Assembly: GCA_002633005.1 (NCBI GenBank)
Contig: NMRA01001046.1
Span: 556 to 64,555 of the forward strand
Direction of reading: 5' to 3'
Length of the DNA: 64,000 bases
DNA from: Phoronis australis
Lineage: Eukaryota > Animalia > Phoronida
This document shows, piece after piece, positions 1-13,470 of this stretch; position 1 is the first letter of the stretch; each line of letters opens with the position of its first letter. The position numbers and the translations under genes were made by a program. The notes under the pieces were generated by a model. That model was not told the origin of the DNA. It saw nothing but the letters and a program-made list of their open reading frames with translations, and made no database searches.

Positions 1-1318
1 CTTGAACGCGTTTCGTCTCATCCCTAATATTTACTTCACCAACACCACCTCCGCCAGACCTCTACTGTAGAAGTCTACACCTCACGAGCATTGGAACACT
101 CACATTTCACCTGGCAGAGGAAGGTTACCGGCCCATGGCAAATACATGCCCGCACCCACCAGGTGCAACGTGTGCGAATGTATGCTCTTTGTCTACTTTT
201 CGTTGTCAACTAGTGGAAAAACGAAGATTTTAGTATTGTCAGCAGCTTTGTGGTCAGGTCAAATTACACACGGCAACCGCGTGCGATGGGAGGGCCTCAT
301 TTCTCTGGGCACGTGCCCTAAATGAACCCTAATATCGATATTATTACCAAATTTTGTTCGATTTAAATGTAAAGAAAAAACATTCATTTTTGTTGTATCC
401 ATATTTTGATTCATGAAAACACAAAAATTCGTACTTCTTGATAGCTATTCACAGAAAAGTGGAAAATTTTGAATACAACTCCTACTAGGATATTGGAGAA
501 CAGTACTCAAAACATGTTTATGGAAGTTTCAAATGATAATGAATCCGATCCGTCATTGCCGTCATTAGCTATCTCAGCTTCACATTATAGACACAAAAGT
601 TGACGTCATTTTCTTTCAATTTCCTTAGCTTTTGTCTTGGTATGATCCTGCAGAATACCTGAGAACGCGAGTTCAATTAACGAAGTTTCCGGTAATGGGT
701 TACTCGACTGCCAATTTCGTCAACACACATTTCATGTATTTTTATACCTTTAGGAGCAGTGTCTCAGTTAAAATGAGAGTCGAGAAGTCAGGCTCTAATA
801 ATCAACCTTGAACACTGTCAATATCCATTTCCACGAAAATTTTTTTTTTTTCTTTTTCGTTAATGTCGAGTGAAATAAAAATAAATCGTAACGTCGAATG
901 AAGTATAGAGTTCTTTATCTGACGACGATTGCGTCGTCAAATCCTGCAGTCCCAGTTTGGTCCGGTTACTTCACCCCCCAATTACATGCCGGGTTAGGGT
1001 ATGAAATACCAATCTTAGGGCCAACCACGACTTACCTTTGGGACCTCAAGACTCCCGAGATGTCCGGAATACTCATGAGATAACAAAAGTATAATTTCAA
1101 CCAATCACGTGCCACCGGTTATGATTTTTACCGATGAGTACCATACTCGTGGGCCTCCAAACTAAGCATAACGTTCCCCGAAGCACAGCGACCACTAGGC
1201 CTATCGTGTTTTGTCACCATGGCACAATCAAGGGTCAATCGCACTGGAACCACACAATGCAACCCCCTAGACTTTCCCCCCAAAAAACACTTAACAATGC
1301 CAGCATTGCAATTCATAA

Positions 1319-4300
1319 TTTATTTTTAACAACAATCCCAGTTTGGTTTTCATTTAGTTCATACATGTAAGCGGCTTTTTCAAAATATAGAAAAAACGGA
1401 GCCGGTCGAAGTCATCTAGCTAGGCAAAGCTTTAAGTTTGCATCGGTTTCAAAATCAAGCACAGTAAATAAAATCAGAATTCTAAACAACAACAAAATAC
1501 TAAAATATAAAACAACAATGAAATTCATCAAACACAAAATCTACGGGAATGCATAATTGACAAGATGCCCTTGCAAAGACTGTACGTTCGACACTGTTGG
1601 AATCATTACCCTTTGTTTGAATTGAAATTCGTTACTATACATCGCCTGGAATACTATCTCATGGCAGTGACACTGAACTTGCTGGTTTGAAGTACGACTG
1701 ACAGTCCTCAGCCTACGGATCATTTCTAAATACATGTACGAGTATAGAACAAGTTGAGACCAATTTTACAACTTTACAGTAAGTGCCCTAAATCAGACGT
1801 TGGCCTTTGACCACAGAATGGTTTTATTGAATTTAAAAACGGCAGACAACATCACTCAATGGTGACTAACACCTGGAACCACTGGCACTTTCAGTTGTGT
1901 GGCCGACCACAGGATTGAGAACGAGGTTTTCAATTATTGTCTGACGTGGGCTGCTGGAAACTAGATGTGCAGAAAATGATCGACCACTGTAAAAATGGGA
2001 TACTGGTAACAGACCTTGGCGTGTGGGACCATGCCACTGGTAAAATATAGTGGCGTAGGGGACATTTTTCAAAGATTGTAGCAAACGGCGACTTTCAAAT
2101 ATCGAGGAATAACACGTCTTCCCGCGCGTCTCATTACACATGCTCCACCTGAGTAAGTGTTCCCCGTGACAGAACAGCAACCAAGATATGCTTTTGTAGA
2201 CCATAGGTTACTAGTCTCTTCACAACCCCATGTCTGAACCCACAATAAAACAGCTAGGTGTACTTCATGCACAAGACTGCCAGTTTCAGGTGGCACGATA
2301 CTGTTCCTCTGTCAAGTCTACCATTCTGGGCTTTGCTATTCAAAACCAACAAGGGGTAATAAAACAATAAGCCAGGGTCATAAACCATTTGTTAAACTGT
2401 GTTTACTTATATGGACCATTTGGGACAATTGTGTGATTAAGAGCAGGGCTAACACAGAAACCTCATCACTGACCTTGCATGACAACATCAAAAGGCCTAT
2501 TGTGCATGAGCAACACCCAGGATTTACAACCATGTGCAAACTTTTAAGCCATCACCTCGACTAGTTACCCCTCCAAGACCAAAATGTACAAACTGATATA
2601 AACCTTATCCTACGAAGGCTACTGAACTTGAACAAAAAGGTTCTAATCCTTGGTAAAAAATGCACGGTTGTCCAATCAGGCGCATTCAATTTCATTTAAA
2701 TACATGTACTATACTAACAACACATCAGAAGCAACCTGGTAAATCCTACCAATGGCAAGTTATGCTAATTGTTCTTTAACCCAATTGTTCCTTTCTACAT
2801 ATCATGTTGCACTCCATAGAAAACAACCTCTCCTACTATGTACAGGTTCAAGTTTCAAAGCTATGCAATGGAATATTTATACATACAAAATCCTCAAACC
2901 CTCGCCTACACCAACAACAACTAGAACAAGATTTACTTAGGTTCCTGAAATTTTCCAACAATTCAAGTTCAAAATAATTTACTACTAACACTGAAGTTCC
3001 ATTCAATTTCTATAAAATATTCACACGATAATGCATCATGCATGCCAAAAATGAATGCCGCTTTTGTTTATAAATGTATTCAATCTCACATCCTGTACAC
3101 CAAGAATGAAAGAGGGCATTTCTAGGTCTGGACAAGGAAAATAATTTGCACAAACATTTATGTCAGTGAACACGAATTACTTAACATTTTTAATTGGGAG
3201 CCTCGGTAATTTTGGTCACCTATGCATACCTGTACAAAACAAAAGTATTAAAAGTAATAACACAAAATACCATTTCCGGGCACGACAGGAAATGGTAAAA
3301 AGGAGCTGTTAATTACTACTATGGGTTTCATAACCTTGCTAAATTTGCTGAAAATTTTTCTCCAGTTTCAGCTGTGAGGGTAGGCAACTCAGACAATGAA
3401 TTCACTTCTGCCCAGCCTTCACCATGGGGAAATTCCGTGTCATTTTGTCTGAAAACCTTTGACCTGTATTGCACATTTAACTCCCATCACCCACACACTT
3501 AGACAGCACTAGTTATAAATGTAATCTATTCTAACACTTGACACAAGTAAATCAGTGTTTAATGTGACGTTATGGCAGCTACCCAGAAATTGGTAATTTG
3601 TAAATGGACTGGCAAGAGTAATTTTCGTAATTTCGAAAAAATCTGCAGAGCCACAACTATCGAAATTTTGTTGAGAACTTGTCAAAAGGCAAAGAATAGT
3701 CACTGTTTTGTGCGCCAAAACTGTGTTATTGCGTCACTGTCCAGTTTATTTTGAAACCCCCTGCAGGACTAAGAACACTTCGAGACAAGTTCTGCTGTAA
3801 ACTTGCCTTTTGTAGAAAAATTGGTACAGACAAGGTACCATTATACACTTAGACTCAGACTGGTCCTGGGCACAAGATTTGGCTGATGACCAGTGCTTGA
3901 GACAACATGTTGGCTTGAACTGGCAGCTCAGTCTATGTGTGAAGCAAAGCCTCTAACAATAACAACAAATCCCTCTCTCTTAGTCCATAAACCACAGTAA
4001 ACTATCTAAACTGTAATTTGGGACCACAACACTTTTGAAGTCATGATGACAACAACTCATCCAGTCACACTAAACTCTTACATACTAGTACTTAGAATTT
4101 TAAATTATTTCAACAAAGGTGCCCATAAATGGTCTTTTCAATACTTAATTAATTTCACAAGAACAGCTTTAGAATCAACATTCTAAGCTTACAGTCATTT
4201 CACATCCACATATGGCACTATACTTCCACACTGAGATGCTCAGTTCATTTATATTGAAATAAGTGCACCCTCCGAAAAACAGCCCCCTTGGGGATCAGCT

Positions 4301-5408
4301 TAGCGTAAAATTACGCGGGTAAAAAATGCCCTCCTCTGCTTTAAGTAAACAGGGTCTTCTGGTTGTGAACCTTGAATTTTTCTTTTGCCAATTTCCAAAT
4401 TTGTAAGACACAGGACAAAAGGAATTGTAAAAAACAGTGTTTCCTCATCGAGACCAGGTAATGACAGTGATGACAGGTCATTCTAGTTGATGAGGAGTTC
4501 TGCTGGCATCCAGAAATGCTGACGGGGAATCCCGCTGGCACTCCGCCACCATGATGAGTAATTCTGGGTAATTTTGTCCGATTATTTTAGAGTGCACGAT
4601 AAGAAGCCAAGGTAGGACATTTACAACAAATAGCAGTTCACCTTTAGCACCACCAAAAGTCAACAGTTCATAAGCGGGAATGTACTGGAATTCGCAAGAA
4701 GTTCCCGCAAGCAAAAAATGTGCAACTCGTCACGATTGACGGATAAGATGCATGTGCTTCTTCTTAGGATGACAATGTAAAAACTCGGATAAACGCAATA
4801 GGAACGGAAAGTGTGACGTCAGCTTACAAGGGTAGTCTAGAAGATTCCACTTTAGTTGTAACCCTTGGCATTTCTCTACAGGAATGCATAATAGGTCAAA
4901 CGTTTAACTGGAAAATCACCAGTTCAACTCTGTTTTAGAACATACGTGGTCAATATGTGAATTTGAGTGCTTCACAGGTCCATGAGCTTCAGATTCTAAA
5001 ACGTTAAATTTATCAAATTTGTCAGTTTGAACAATTAGCGCATGGGAATAAGTCACCATCATGTTGTTTGCCATCAAAAGGAGGAGTTGCTGAGGGCATA
5101 ACATAATCACTTTCCATCTCTAGTGGTGAATCCGCTTGCAAACAAGCTTCTGTAGTTAAGAGGAAAAGTATTCAGGCACTTTCACTTAAGTTCGGTAAAG
5201 AAGTCTCAGTTCAGAGTCAGTATAGACTTCGAGTTGCCTGTAGAAAACAATATACACAGTTCCAAAGTAGCAGCAACTACGAAGAAATAGACCTCCTCTG
5301 TTGTGAATTGAGAAAAATAAATGAGACATTGTAGCAATGTACTTGAATGGGATTTCACAATGTCTTCATCTAGTCCACTCATAGTCCTCTTTTGATCATC
5401 TCCCTATC
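1319..5408 (-). other. Probable non-coding 3' terminal exon (long 3'UTR) of the FAM174-like gene
   Basis: Donor A|GTAAGT at 6903/6902 lies 21 nt after the stop. Candidate acceptor ctcactttcag|G at 5409/5408. Minus-strand AATAAA at 1823-1828 and 1319-1324. No convincing ORF in the interval. The 3' end is uncertain. Confidence 0.35.
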
Positions 5409-5584
5409 CTGAAAGTGAGCAACGACACAGTGAATCAACACGAAAAAGTCTTATGCTACTTTGGACAGTGAAACAAACAGGTTACTCAATTCAGAGGAGA
5501 TAAAAGTTTTAAAATCATTAAATTTCAATAGGTTTTCTCGAGAAAGATGAATACTCAATTTTTGGCAATGGTCAGATGTAACAC

Positions 5585-5654
5585 GCCAATATTTTGAGAA
5601 CCAGTCAAATGCCCGTTATTCAGTGGAGAAAACTGGTTTCCAAAACGTGGGCAT
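5585..5654. repeat. About 70-bp hairpin mini-element, copy 1 (other copies at 8290-8360 and 10131-10192)
   Basis: Shared core ttttgagaaccagt...ttattcagtggagaaaactggtt..caaaa with self-complementary ends, seen three times within the FAM174 introns. Confidence 0.7.
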
Positions 5655-5855
5655 CCCAAAAGAGATTGACTTCTTGACTACCAAATATGTTCCCATTTCA
5701 TTTGTACATGGATCTTGTCATACAATGCAAAGGTTCAATAGACATAGCACAAGGCTATGTTATTTTTCATCAGGCTTTGTTAGTGATGGGGTACACTGTA
5801 GAAAATCTCATCAGTGCAAACAAAATGCAGTCCACAATACATCAGAAATGCAATC

Positions 5856-6294
5856 TACCCACAAACAGATCACAGGTCAGACCTCCCTCTAACTAGGAAA
5901 AGACCACAGGTCTGACCTCCCTCTAACCACAAACAGATCACAGGTATGACCTCCCTCTAACCACAAACAGACCACAGGTCTGACCTCCCTATAACCACAA
6001 ACCCATCAAAAGTCTGACCTCCCTCTAACCACAAACAAACCACAGGTCTGACCTCCTCTAACCACAAACAAATCACTAGTCTGACCTCCCTCTAACCACA
6101 CACAGATCAAAAGTCTGCCCTTCGCTAACCACAAACAAATCACTGGTCTGACCTCCCTCTAACCACAAAAAGATTAAAATTCTGACCTCCCTCTAACCAC
6201 AAACAAATCACTAGTCTGACCTCCCTCTACCCACAAACAAATAACTGGTCTAACCTCCCTTTAACCACAAACAGATCACAGTCTGACCTTCCTC
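5856..6294. repeat. 34-bp minisatellite, about 13 copies (consensus aaccacaaacagatcacaggtctgacctccctct), with one further copy at about 6853-6889
   Basis: Tandem units are directly visible. Period 34 measured from 5925 to 5959. Confidence 0.95.
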
Positions 6295-6853
6295 TCTCAC
6301 TGGTTCCATGCACGCCGCTAGGTGGTCAGTAACCAACATGCAGGTATCAGTTAATTTTCCTCGGAAAATCCTTTTACACTGGCATTTCTGATTGGCTGGT
6401 CGAATTCTCAACAGGCAGCGCTTTACGCAAACAAACTGGCATGACTGATGGACTGCAGTGTAAATGTGGTCTGTTGTACATGTTCAGGATATGTGAATCC
6501 TAGGAATTGAGGTTGCGCCTTTAAGGTGTGCATCTTTTTACTGTCAATGACTTTTGTTTACGATACTGTTCTGAATTCATACAGTATGAATGCCACAGGT
6601 TAAATCAGCCACTGTGTTTACTGTATGTATGTGTTTCAAGCACGCCCCTATTACACAACAGTGCAGAAACGAAATAGTTGCCGCCACGCAAGTTGCATGA
6701 CAAGGCTAAGAATCGTTCGCAGTCCGCCATTTTTTCACCGTGTTGAAAAGCTAACCAATGACTGCTGAGGTTACATCGACCAATGCTAATGCGTATACCA
6801 CTGCGTGATACCTGCGTACTGGCTCAGGCTAGGCATGTAGGGAACCAGCGACA
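6295..6853. mobile_element. MITE-like insertion with imperfect terminal inverted repeats, inside the minisatellite
   Basis: Left end tctcactggttccatgcacgcc versus reverse complement of right end tgtcgctggttccctacatgcc. Minisatellite units resume immediately after it. Confidence 0.6.
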
Positions 6854-6923
6854 CCTCCCTCAAACCACAAACGGACCACAGGTCTGACCAAAAATCACTT
6901 ACTATGTATTGTACATTCAGACG

Positions 6924-7062
6924 CTATTTAAGTAACCTAGCCCGGCCGTTGGTTTCAAACACCGTCATGTCGTCATCTTCGTCATCGAGGTCAAGGGGTT
7001 GAAGTTCAAGATTATCTGCTGAGCTCACGATCCCGTATTTCTTTGTCTTGCGGCGTCTCATC
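6924..7062 (-). CDS. FAM174: FAM174-family membrane protein, coding exon 2 (cytoplasmic tail and stop)
   Basis: Acceptor ttttacag|G completes the CG+G Arg codon. Reads RMRRRKTKKYGIVSSADNLELQPLDLDDEDDDMTVFETNGRARLLK*, matching the FAM174/DUF1180 tail pattern (RK..YG, LE..PL, acidic run, T.F). Confidence 0.9.
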
Positions 7063-7092
7063 CTGTAAAAACAAAAAACAACCAATTCTCAN

Positions 7093-8027
7093 TATATAGA
7101 TATAGCCATGAGCGCAAAAAAAAACAAAACTGCCACTAGGAGACACCACAGTAGTCAAACTGGTTGGAAATTCAATGTCAGTTGTTCACTTTATAGTAAA
7201 AACATACATGCTCATTTTTACAACTATCCTGAAAGCGGTTTGGTTGATAGACGAGTGAATGCCAAAAAACAGACTCGAAAACAGTAAAAATGGCCACTAG
7301 GGGGGGCAAACTAGGTTGTATCCACCTAAACACAGAGAGGTAGAATGACTTCATTAGGATAAGCCAAATTTTATGAAAATATGTTGAGGACCTTTGAATA
7401 TACAGAGGTAAATGTAAAAAATAAAATTGCCACTAGGTGGCACAACAGTAGTCAGGTCTGTCAGAAAGTCATCATCTTCCTTTGCTAACATCATATAAAT
7501 ATACTTACTAAATTTAGTAAAGATCCTGCAAACGGTTTAGGAGATACAGCCATAGGTGTAAAAAATCATAACTGCCACTAGGAAGCGCCACAGTGGTCAA
7601 AGTCGTCGGAAAATCATCGTCAGCCGTCCACTTCATAACAAGAACACACATGCCAATTTTTACAATCATCCTTTGAGCAGTTTGGTTGACTCAAAACCAG
7701 TAAAAATGGCCATAAGTGGCGCAAACTAGGTCAAATTCGTCCAAAAACGGAAGGATCGCGTCACTTTACTAACAGGTGCCTATATACCAAATTTTATGAG
7801 AATCCGTTCACGACTTTCGAAGATACAGAGGTAAACGTAAAAAACTACAATTGCCACTAGGGTGCACACCGGTAGTCGGATCCGTCCAAACGTTCGCTCA
7901 TGCCCTCCCATCCACATGTATGAAATTTCATGAACATACGCCGAGGCGTTTTGGAGACAGAGCAGCCGACGCCAGTCGGAGATGACAGCATAATGTGTCC
8001 ACATATAAATATGTGGGCGCATAAAAA
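7093..8027 (-). mobile_element. Helentron-like non-autonomous element (HINE/DINE-1 type) with internal tandem repeats
   Basis: Terminal hairpin tgtgtccacatat-aa-atatgtgggcgcata followed by aaaaa at about 7994-8027. Six aaaa(c/t)tgccactagg-type units recur about every 140-160 bp. Confidence 0.55.
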
Positions 8028-11000
8028 GCAATATTTCATTTCTTCCTAGAACCAATATAAAGTCTTTACGACTTTTACGTATACAACACAAGCTACCAAC
8101 TCACAAAGTTTCAGATAAGAATAAGTACTTGCAACAGTGCTTGAAGCCCTTTGAAAAATGTAAGAGATTTAATTCCCCAATAATTCATGTCTGAAATTGA
8201 CAACATTTTAAACTAATTGCAGCATTTCCTTATTTTCACACCTGCATGCTGGCACATGCCAAGAACCATAGACAACAATCTGATATAATATGCCCCTATT
8301 TTGAGAACCAGTTGATCTCCATTATTCAGTGGAGAAAACTGGTTCACAATACATGGACATGTAATATCCAACTATTACTGAACCTTATGCACATCTGAAA
8401 CAACAGCAACAGGTGATGTCCTAGATCAGAATTTGCTCAACTGTAGCTGAAGTGTTTCACAACTGAACAAATAAGGCTTTGCAGAAAATTAGAATCAGGA
8501 CGTGAATTAGCAAGTTTAGTGGGGAAACACCTCACCAACATGAATTTAGGACGCAATTGAGTGAAATTTTATATTTTAATTAAAAAAAAAAAGATTATGA
8601 GAAACAGCTCTAATAACTTGCTTTATCAGTTTTAGAGATCTATACCAAACAACATCTTGCAATGATACTGAGAAATTGTGGGAAAACACCACTATTGGCA
8701 ATTATTGTTGTCTGAAATCACACAATTTTACTGTAATAGGACTGCTTTGTTGTTCTTTAGCCATATATGCAGATCTAATTCCAAGTTTGTCAGATAATGG
8801 CAAAATGATGAAAGAGCTGAATGCAATCATAATCAGTAATTTATTTCATTGGTGTCATATTACTTTTTCCACATTATATTATCCAGTCATGACCGATTAC
8901 ATGCAACGGAAAACACACCAGTTTGACGAAAAATAATGAAAAATATGAGGATGATTTTTCATTTTTCAAAGACTGTTTGCATTTTTATAAATGGCTGCCA
9001 AACCTTTGACTGATGGCAGCTGAAAATTGAAACCACAGCGTCATGTGATCCTACCATTTGTCAATCAAGCAAGTTGTCCTGTGACCATGCCATGCTATCA
9101 ACCACATCAAAAACCACAAAGTAAACACCCACTGATTTGGAATCTTAAGAGCAGCAAAACACAACTTCCACTGAGCCTTACTAGTAATTTGTTCACTGAG
9201 GACAAATATATGCATATATCGCGCCAAGCGCTATCTTCACTGTGAAACCCATTTCTTGCTCAGAGTTACTGTTGTTGAGATGAATGTTCTTTTATCAACA
9301 TGTTCCTTGAATGTGCTGAATTCTGTTGAATTGTGCTACAAATAGCATTTTTTTGTATGATCAACATGACATTTACAACGTTTATTTCGCCAATAGTTCA
9401 AAAACTAAATAGCTTTGGGGCTCAATCAGATACAAGATGGCGCTGTGGTGATCGTTTTTCAAATGATTTTTGCAAAGCTCAAGCTCTCTGGAGTGATTTT
9501 TGGACACAACCTTGTAAAATTTGGAACGGTAAAAGACCCCTTTGAGTGCTCTTTGCAGTGCCTTATTGTTTTTTCATTACGTCTTATACAGTTCTTGAAT
9601 TATTTACGAATTACTATCTTCTAATTTGACAAATGCTCTCTTATTGTGTAATTTTAATGATTATCATGATCTATTGGTGTACCAGGCTCGTGGTCATTTG
9701 CGTTGTTGGTTTCGTCGACCTGTTACGTTTTTATAATTTCCACGATTCATGTTAGAAAAATGCAGTTATGGGTCAATTGACCAACAGAGCCCCAAATTTA
9801 TGGGTCAGTCTTGAAGACCTAAGCCATTCGATCATGAATCCGCAGGTTATTCTTGCATTATTTACATGCTTTAGCGTGTGTTTAACCCTCCTCCAATAGA
9901 TGTACCTATAGCATCATGGCCCCTACATTCAGCTTCTTATAGAAACCTTATCACAGGCAAGATTATTTCTAGGCCTTTCTTGCACTGCCATGGTGAATTT
10001 ATGTTTGAAATGCATTTGCATGAGAAGGAACACTAACTGTGTTGGTTTTTACTAATAAATAGTGAGTTTATTACCTACACCGATGCAAAGCTGGGCAACA
10101 GTCTTGATATAATGTGTCCGTAGTTACTAGTAGGGAATCAGTTGATGCTCGTTATTCAACTGGAGAAAGCTGGTTCTCAAAATGCAAGCACGTTATATTA
10201 GAATATTACCGGAAAGCTGGTGAACCCATTCAATAACAATGTGGAGTCAGGAATGGGTGACCTTATCAAGACCACAAGCCTCCTCAGCATCTGATCGTCC
10301 CCAAGACACTACTACACTTGGTATGACACTCGAGACTAGAAATTCCACAGGTGCTTTACTTCAGCAGTCCACATCAAACACAAAACTTAATAGATTTATG
10401 CAAAATAAGGGCTCGACAAACCATGAGCAGTTGTTCTTCCTTCTAATGCCATTTACGGTGTCCTGTCCCAGCGAGTTCGCAACAAATCTGTGGTCAAAGC
10501 ACAAAAATCTTCCCAAAAAGCAACATTACTCCAGGGGCATGCTGATTGGGGGGCTTTCCAATTTGTTTCCATTTGTCCAATCATCATGAATGTGAATTAA
10601 TTATTGTATTTGGTTATTGTATTGAGTTTGAGGGTAAACGTAAACACTGCAGTGTGAACTGCTTCATCAGTTTACTCTGCCTCTACTTTTGCTGTTATTA
10701 GTTGATGTAAGCATTCTGAAGATGTTGCGAGGGGCCTTATGAGCATGGGCATTAGATGATGCCGAATGGGCCGGTTTATGCTTTTCGCTTTGCCGTGAAT
10801 GTTAGCAATTGAACTAGGAAAATCTGCTGGTGTTGTTTTTATTTGCTTCGATGTCAACAAATGGAAGCGGTGAACGTGTTGCTGTCACATATAAAATGTT
10901 TGAGTTAATTTACTCTCAGATTTGACAGGCTTGGAGTTATTCCGGATGTGACTGCCAGACGGCCATATTTAATAGCAGTTGTGTACCCCTCTCTATACAG

Positions 11001-11217
11001 TCGAGGGATAGTTAAAGGTGCCTGTAGTTGAACCTGTTTTGTATAAATTAATCAATTGAGTTTCAAATGCGTTTCATATGGACAGCTGAAGTGAAGCACC
11101 TGTGCATGGAATTTCATTCCCATGTACCTCTGTTGTAGTATATTGTTGAAGATGTGCTTCCAGTGAAACATATGAGCCTCTGTTAGCTACTCGCTAACGG
11201 GAAATTGACTATAAACT

Positions 11218-11340
11218 GAATGGTTAGCACGGTTGCTAGTTTTATGGGGGTCACTGGTTCCATTCCCGGGTCGGGTAAACTCGGCTATTACTAGAATATT
11301 GTGAGCTGGGGACAATGAGAAACTGAGGATGGCTGTGATC
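11218..11340 (+). mobile_element. Degenerate tRNA-derived SINE head (possible)
   Basis: A-box-like tggttagcacgg and B-box-like ggttcccattccc at tRNA-like spacing. Heavily diverged. Confidence 0.3.
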
Positions 11341-11395
11341 AAGACAAATAAAATCTATGAGTAAGCCTAGGTTGTTGTGGGTAAAAGTGACTTAC

Positions 11396-11793
11396 CGCCA
11401 ATACTTCACTCCAAAATATATCACAACAATGCCTGTGACTCCCATTAACACGTACAGTGTTCGTTTTATCATTTCGAAATTTTCGTGCCAGAACTTGTCG
11501 ATCTCGCCCATTATTCCATGGTAGTCGACGGCACAGTCCGTAGAGTTTGAATTTGTGCAGTTCTGATTTCCAGGCACGGTGGAATTGTTTTTGGGAATCT
11601 GTTGATTATCCGTGGTTTGTGCTGTAGCAGCTGCAGTCCGCTTTGACGACGTCATTGTCGTGGAGTCCACGTCAGCGCTTGTTGTTTTAGTCGCTGCCTC
11701 GACTCTGACAGATCCATGTGCGACAGCACACGCCAAAATAACGAACGATACAAGAACAGACGTGCAACAAAGTGTTCTAACCATTGTGTCCAT
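11396..11793 (-). CDS. FAM174: FAM174-family membrane protein, coding exon 1 (signal peptide, S/T/N-rich ectodomain, TM helix)
   Basis: ORF MDTMVRTLCCTSVLVSFVILACAVAHG (signal-like), then T/S-rich region, then KRTLYVLMGVTGIVVIYFGVKYW (TM). Ends at TGG CG|GTAAG donor (phase 2, 398 nt). Confidence 0.9.
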
Positions 11794-11848
11794 CGTTTTA
11801 CAAAGAATATGCTAGCGCAACAAACAACAACAACTACATGATCTAAAA

Positions 11849-11862
11849 CCGGAAGTCACATG
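11849..11862. promoter_or_regulatory. ETS motif CCGGAAGT overlapping an E-box-like TCACATG, about 55 bp upstream of the FAM174 ATG
   Basis: Sequence ccggaagtcacatg sits just upstream of the start codon. This is a typical metazoan housekeeping-promoter motif, but the match is short. Confidence 0.4.
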
Positions 11863-13284
11863 AATACGGTTATAAACTTGCAACGAATATAACTGTACAA
11901 GACTTCAAAGTTTTTAAAGTGTACTTTGTACTTTTCAAGCCTCCCAATAGCTATCTGACGCCCAGAAAATTCTAAATAATCACAATTTTTAAGTAAGTAA
12001 TTCGAAGTGCCGAATGGAGTAGCGACATCTATAGAATGAAACTGTAAACGATGGCAAAGCGAATGATGCATGATATCAAAGCCACTGGGGGAAATTCAAG
12101 CCAGGCAGATTAAGGGGGACGTGTGAAGGTAGCCGACCACTCGGTTCACTCTTGACTCTATAGTTGCGACGGCCGGCATGATACTTAGTGAATCTATGGC
12201 CGAAGTTATGTCATGGGTTAACAAGAACCTTCAGCGACGGCGCCTGCGATCACTGAGTTGCGGGCGACGGCGCCTGCACTAATCACTGAGTTAGACCGTT
12301 GACATTTTGCTACGATTTTGTTGTGTTAACACCCAAGTGTTTGCATTATTGCTTAAGAGATCTTATTGCATGCTCGTAGGCCTACTGCCAGAGCCGACCT
12401 GCCCATGACTGTATGCGCGCGGGGGGGCGGTGTCCCGAAGGGCCCGGCGGGCGGGCGGCGGCCGGTGCCGCTGCCGCGGCGGGAGCCCGCCGGAGTAGGC
12501 AAAGGCCGGGTCTGCCGAATTTATTCAGATTACCCTGCCGTACTTAGTCAATTACCTACACGTAATGCTCTTTTACTTAAAATATTTTTCGCTGAAAATG
12601 AAAGATTCACTTGTCAGCTACCTGCGGCACCATAGGCTATATGTAGCACTAGAAAAAGCTAGGTACCCGGTAGGCCTACGGCACCGGTAACAAGTCTTAC
12701 TGTTTATAGTATCGAGTGTTTAGTTTTTTTAAACCATCTCGTTCCTCGTAATATGCTTAATAACACCAGAACCATTCAATATTACCTATATTTACGTTTG
12801 GCCACATACGTTTTGATAAAGTCGTGCGGCACTAACCGTGCCACGTGTCCGTGCAATAATCAATTTAAAGGGTTCATACGGTCAAGTGGCCGTAACAACC
12901 ATCGTCGAGTGACCAAAACAGAATTAGGCCTACTTTTTCGGCTGGAATTCCAAAGTTTCAACACGATCAACCACGATTTAAGCTGGGTAAGTTATGTACG
13001 TGAAATTACCTTTTCAAAGGATAATTTCATTGAATTAAAATTACTATTTCAAAAAACTAAATAAACGTAATACACTGGAGAGCATCATTTTGGTAATTAA
13101 CATCGTTCTCCTCATAATAAACGAACATTTTTTGCCACTCGGCTTTTGTTGTCACTCCTTCCTCAAATTTGCCCGTTCACGACAGTTCGTAAACAATGCC
13201 TTATGAATCAATTATTTTAATAACAGTGGTAACTGCGGTAGAGTTCTGTTTTCACTATTGTTTGGTGTAAAACTAACATAACCT

Positions 13285-13470
13285 TACCGGGAATTTCCGT
13301 AAATAAGCCCATGGGCGTGTATTCGGAAAATTCATAAATATACCCCCAACTGTCTAGACACTTGACACCCGCAAGTTGTAACACCAAATAAACATCCAAT
13401 TGTCATAATTTTCCGAATAAACGCCCATGGGTGTTTCATCGGGTGGGCTTACCTACGGAAAACCCCGGTA
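13285..13470. mobile_element. TA-flanked MITE (Tc1/mariner-type) with terminal and internal inverted repeats
   Basis: taccgggaatttccgtaaataagccca ... tgggcttacctacggaaaaccccggta. Inner inverted pair cccatgggcgtgtattcggaaaatt / aattttccgaataaacgcccatggg. Confidence 0.7.

Noticed and set aside
1-45. Hammerhead-like gaaacgcgtt on the minus strand
   Set aside because: No CUGANGA core or stem II at the right spacing.
5856-6294. CRISPR-like array
   Set aside because: Units are contiguous with no unique spacers, the context is eukaryotic and there are no cas genes; it is a minisatellite.
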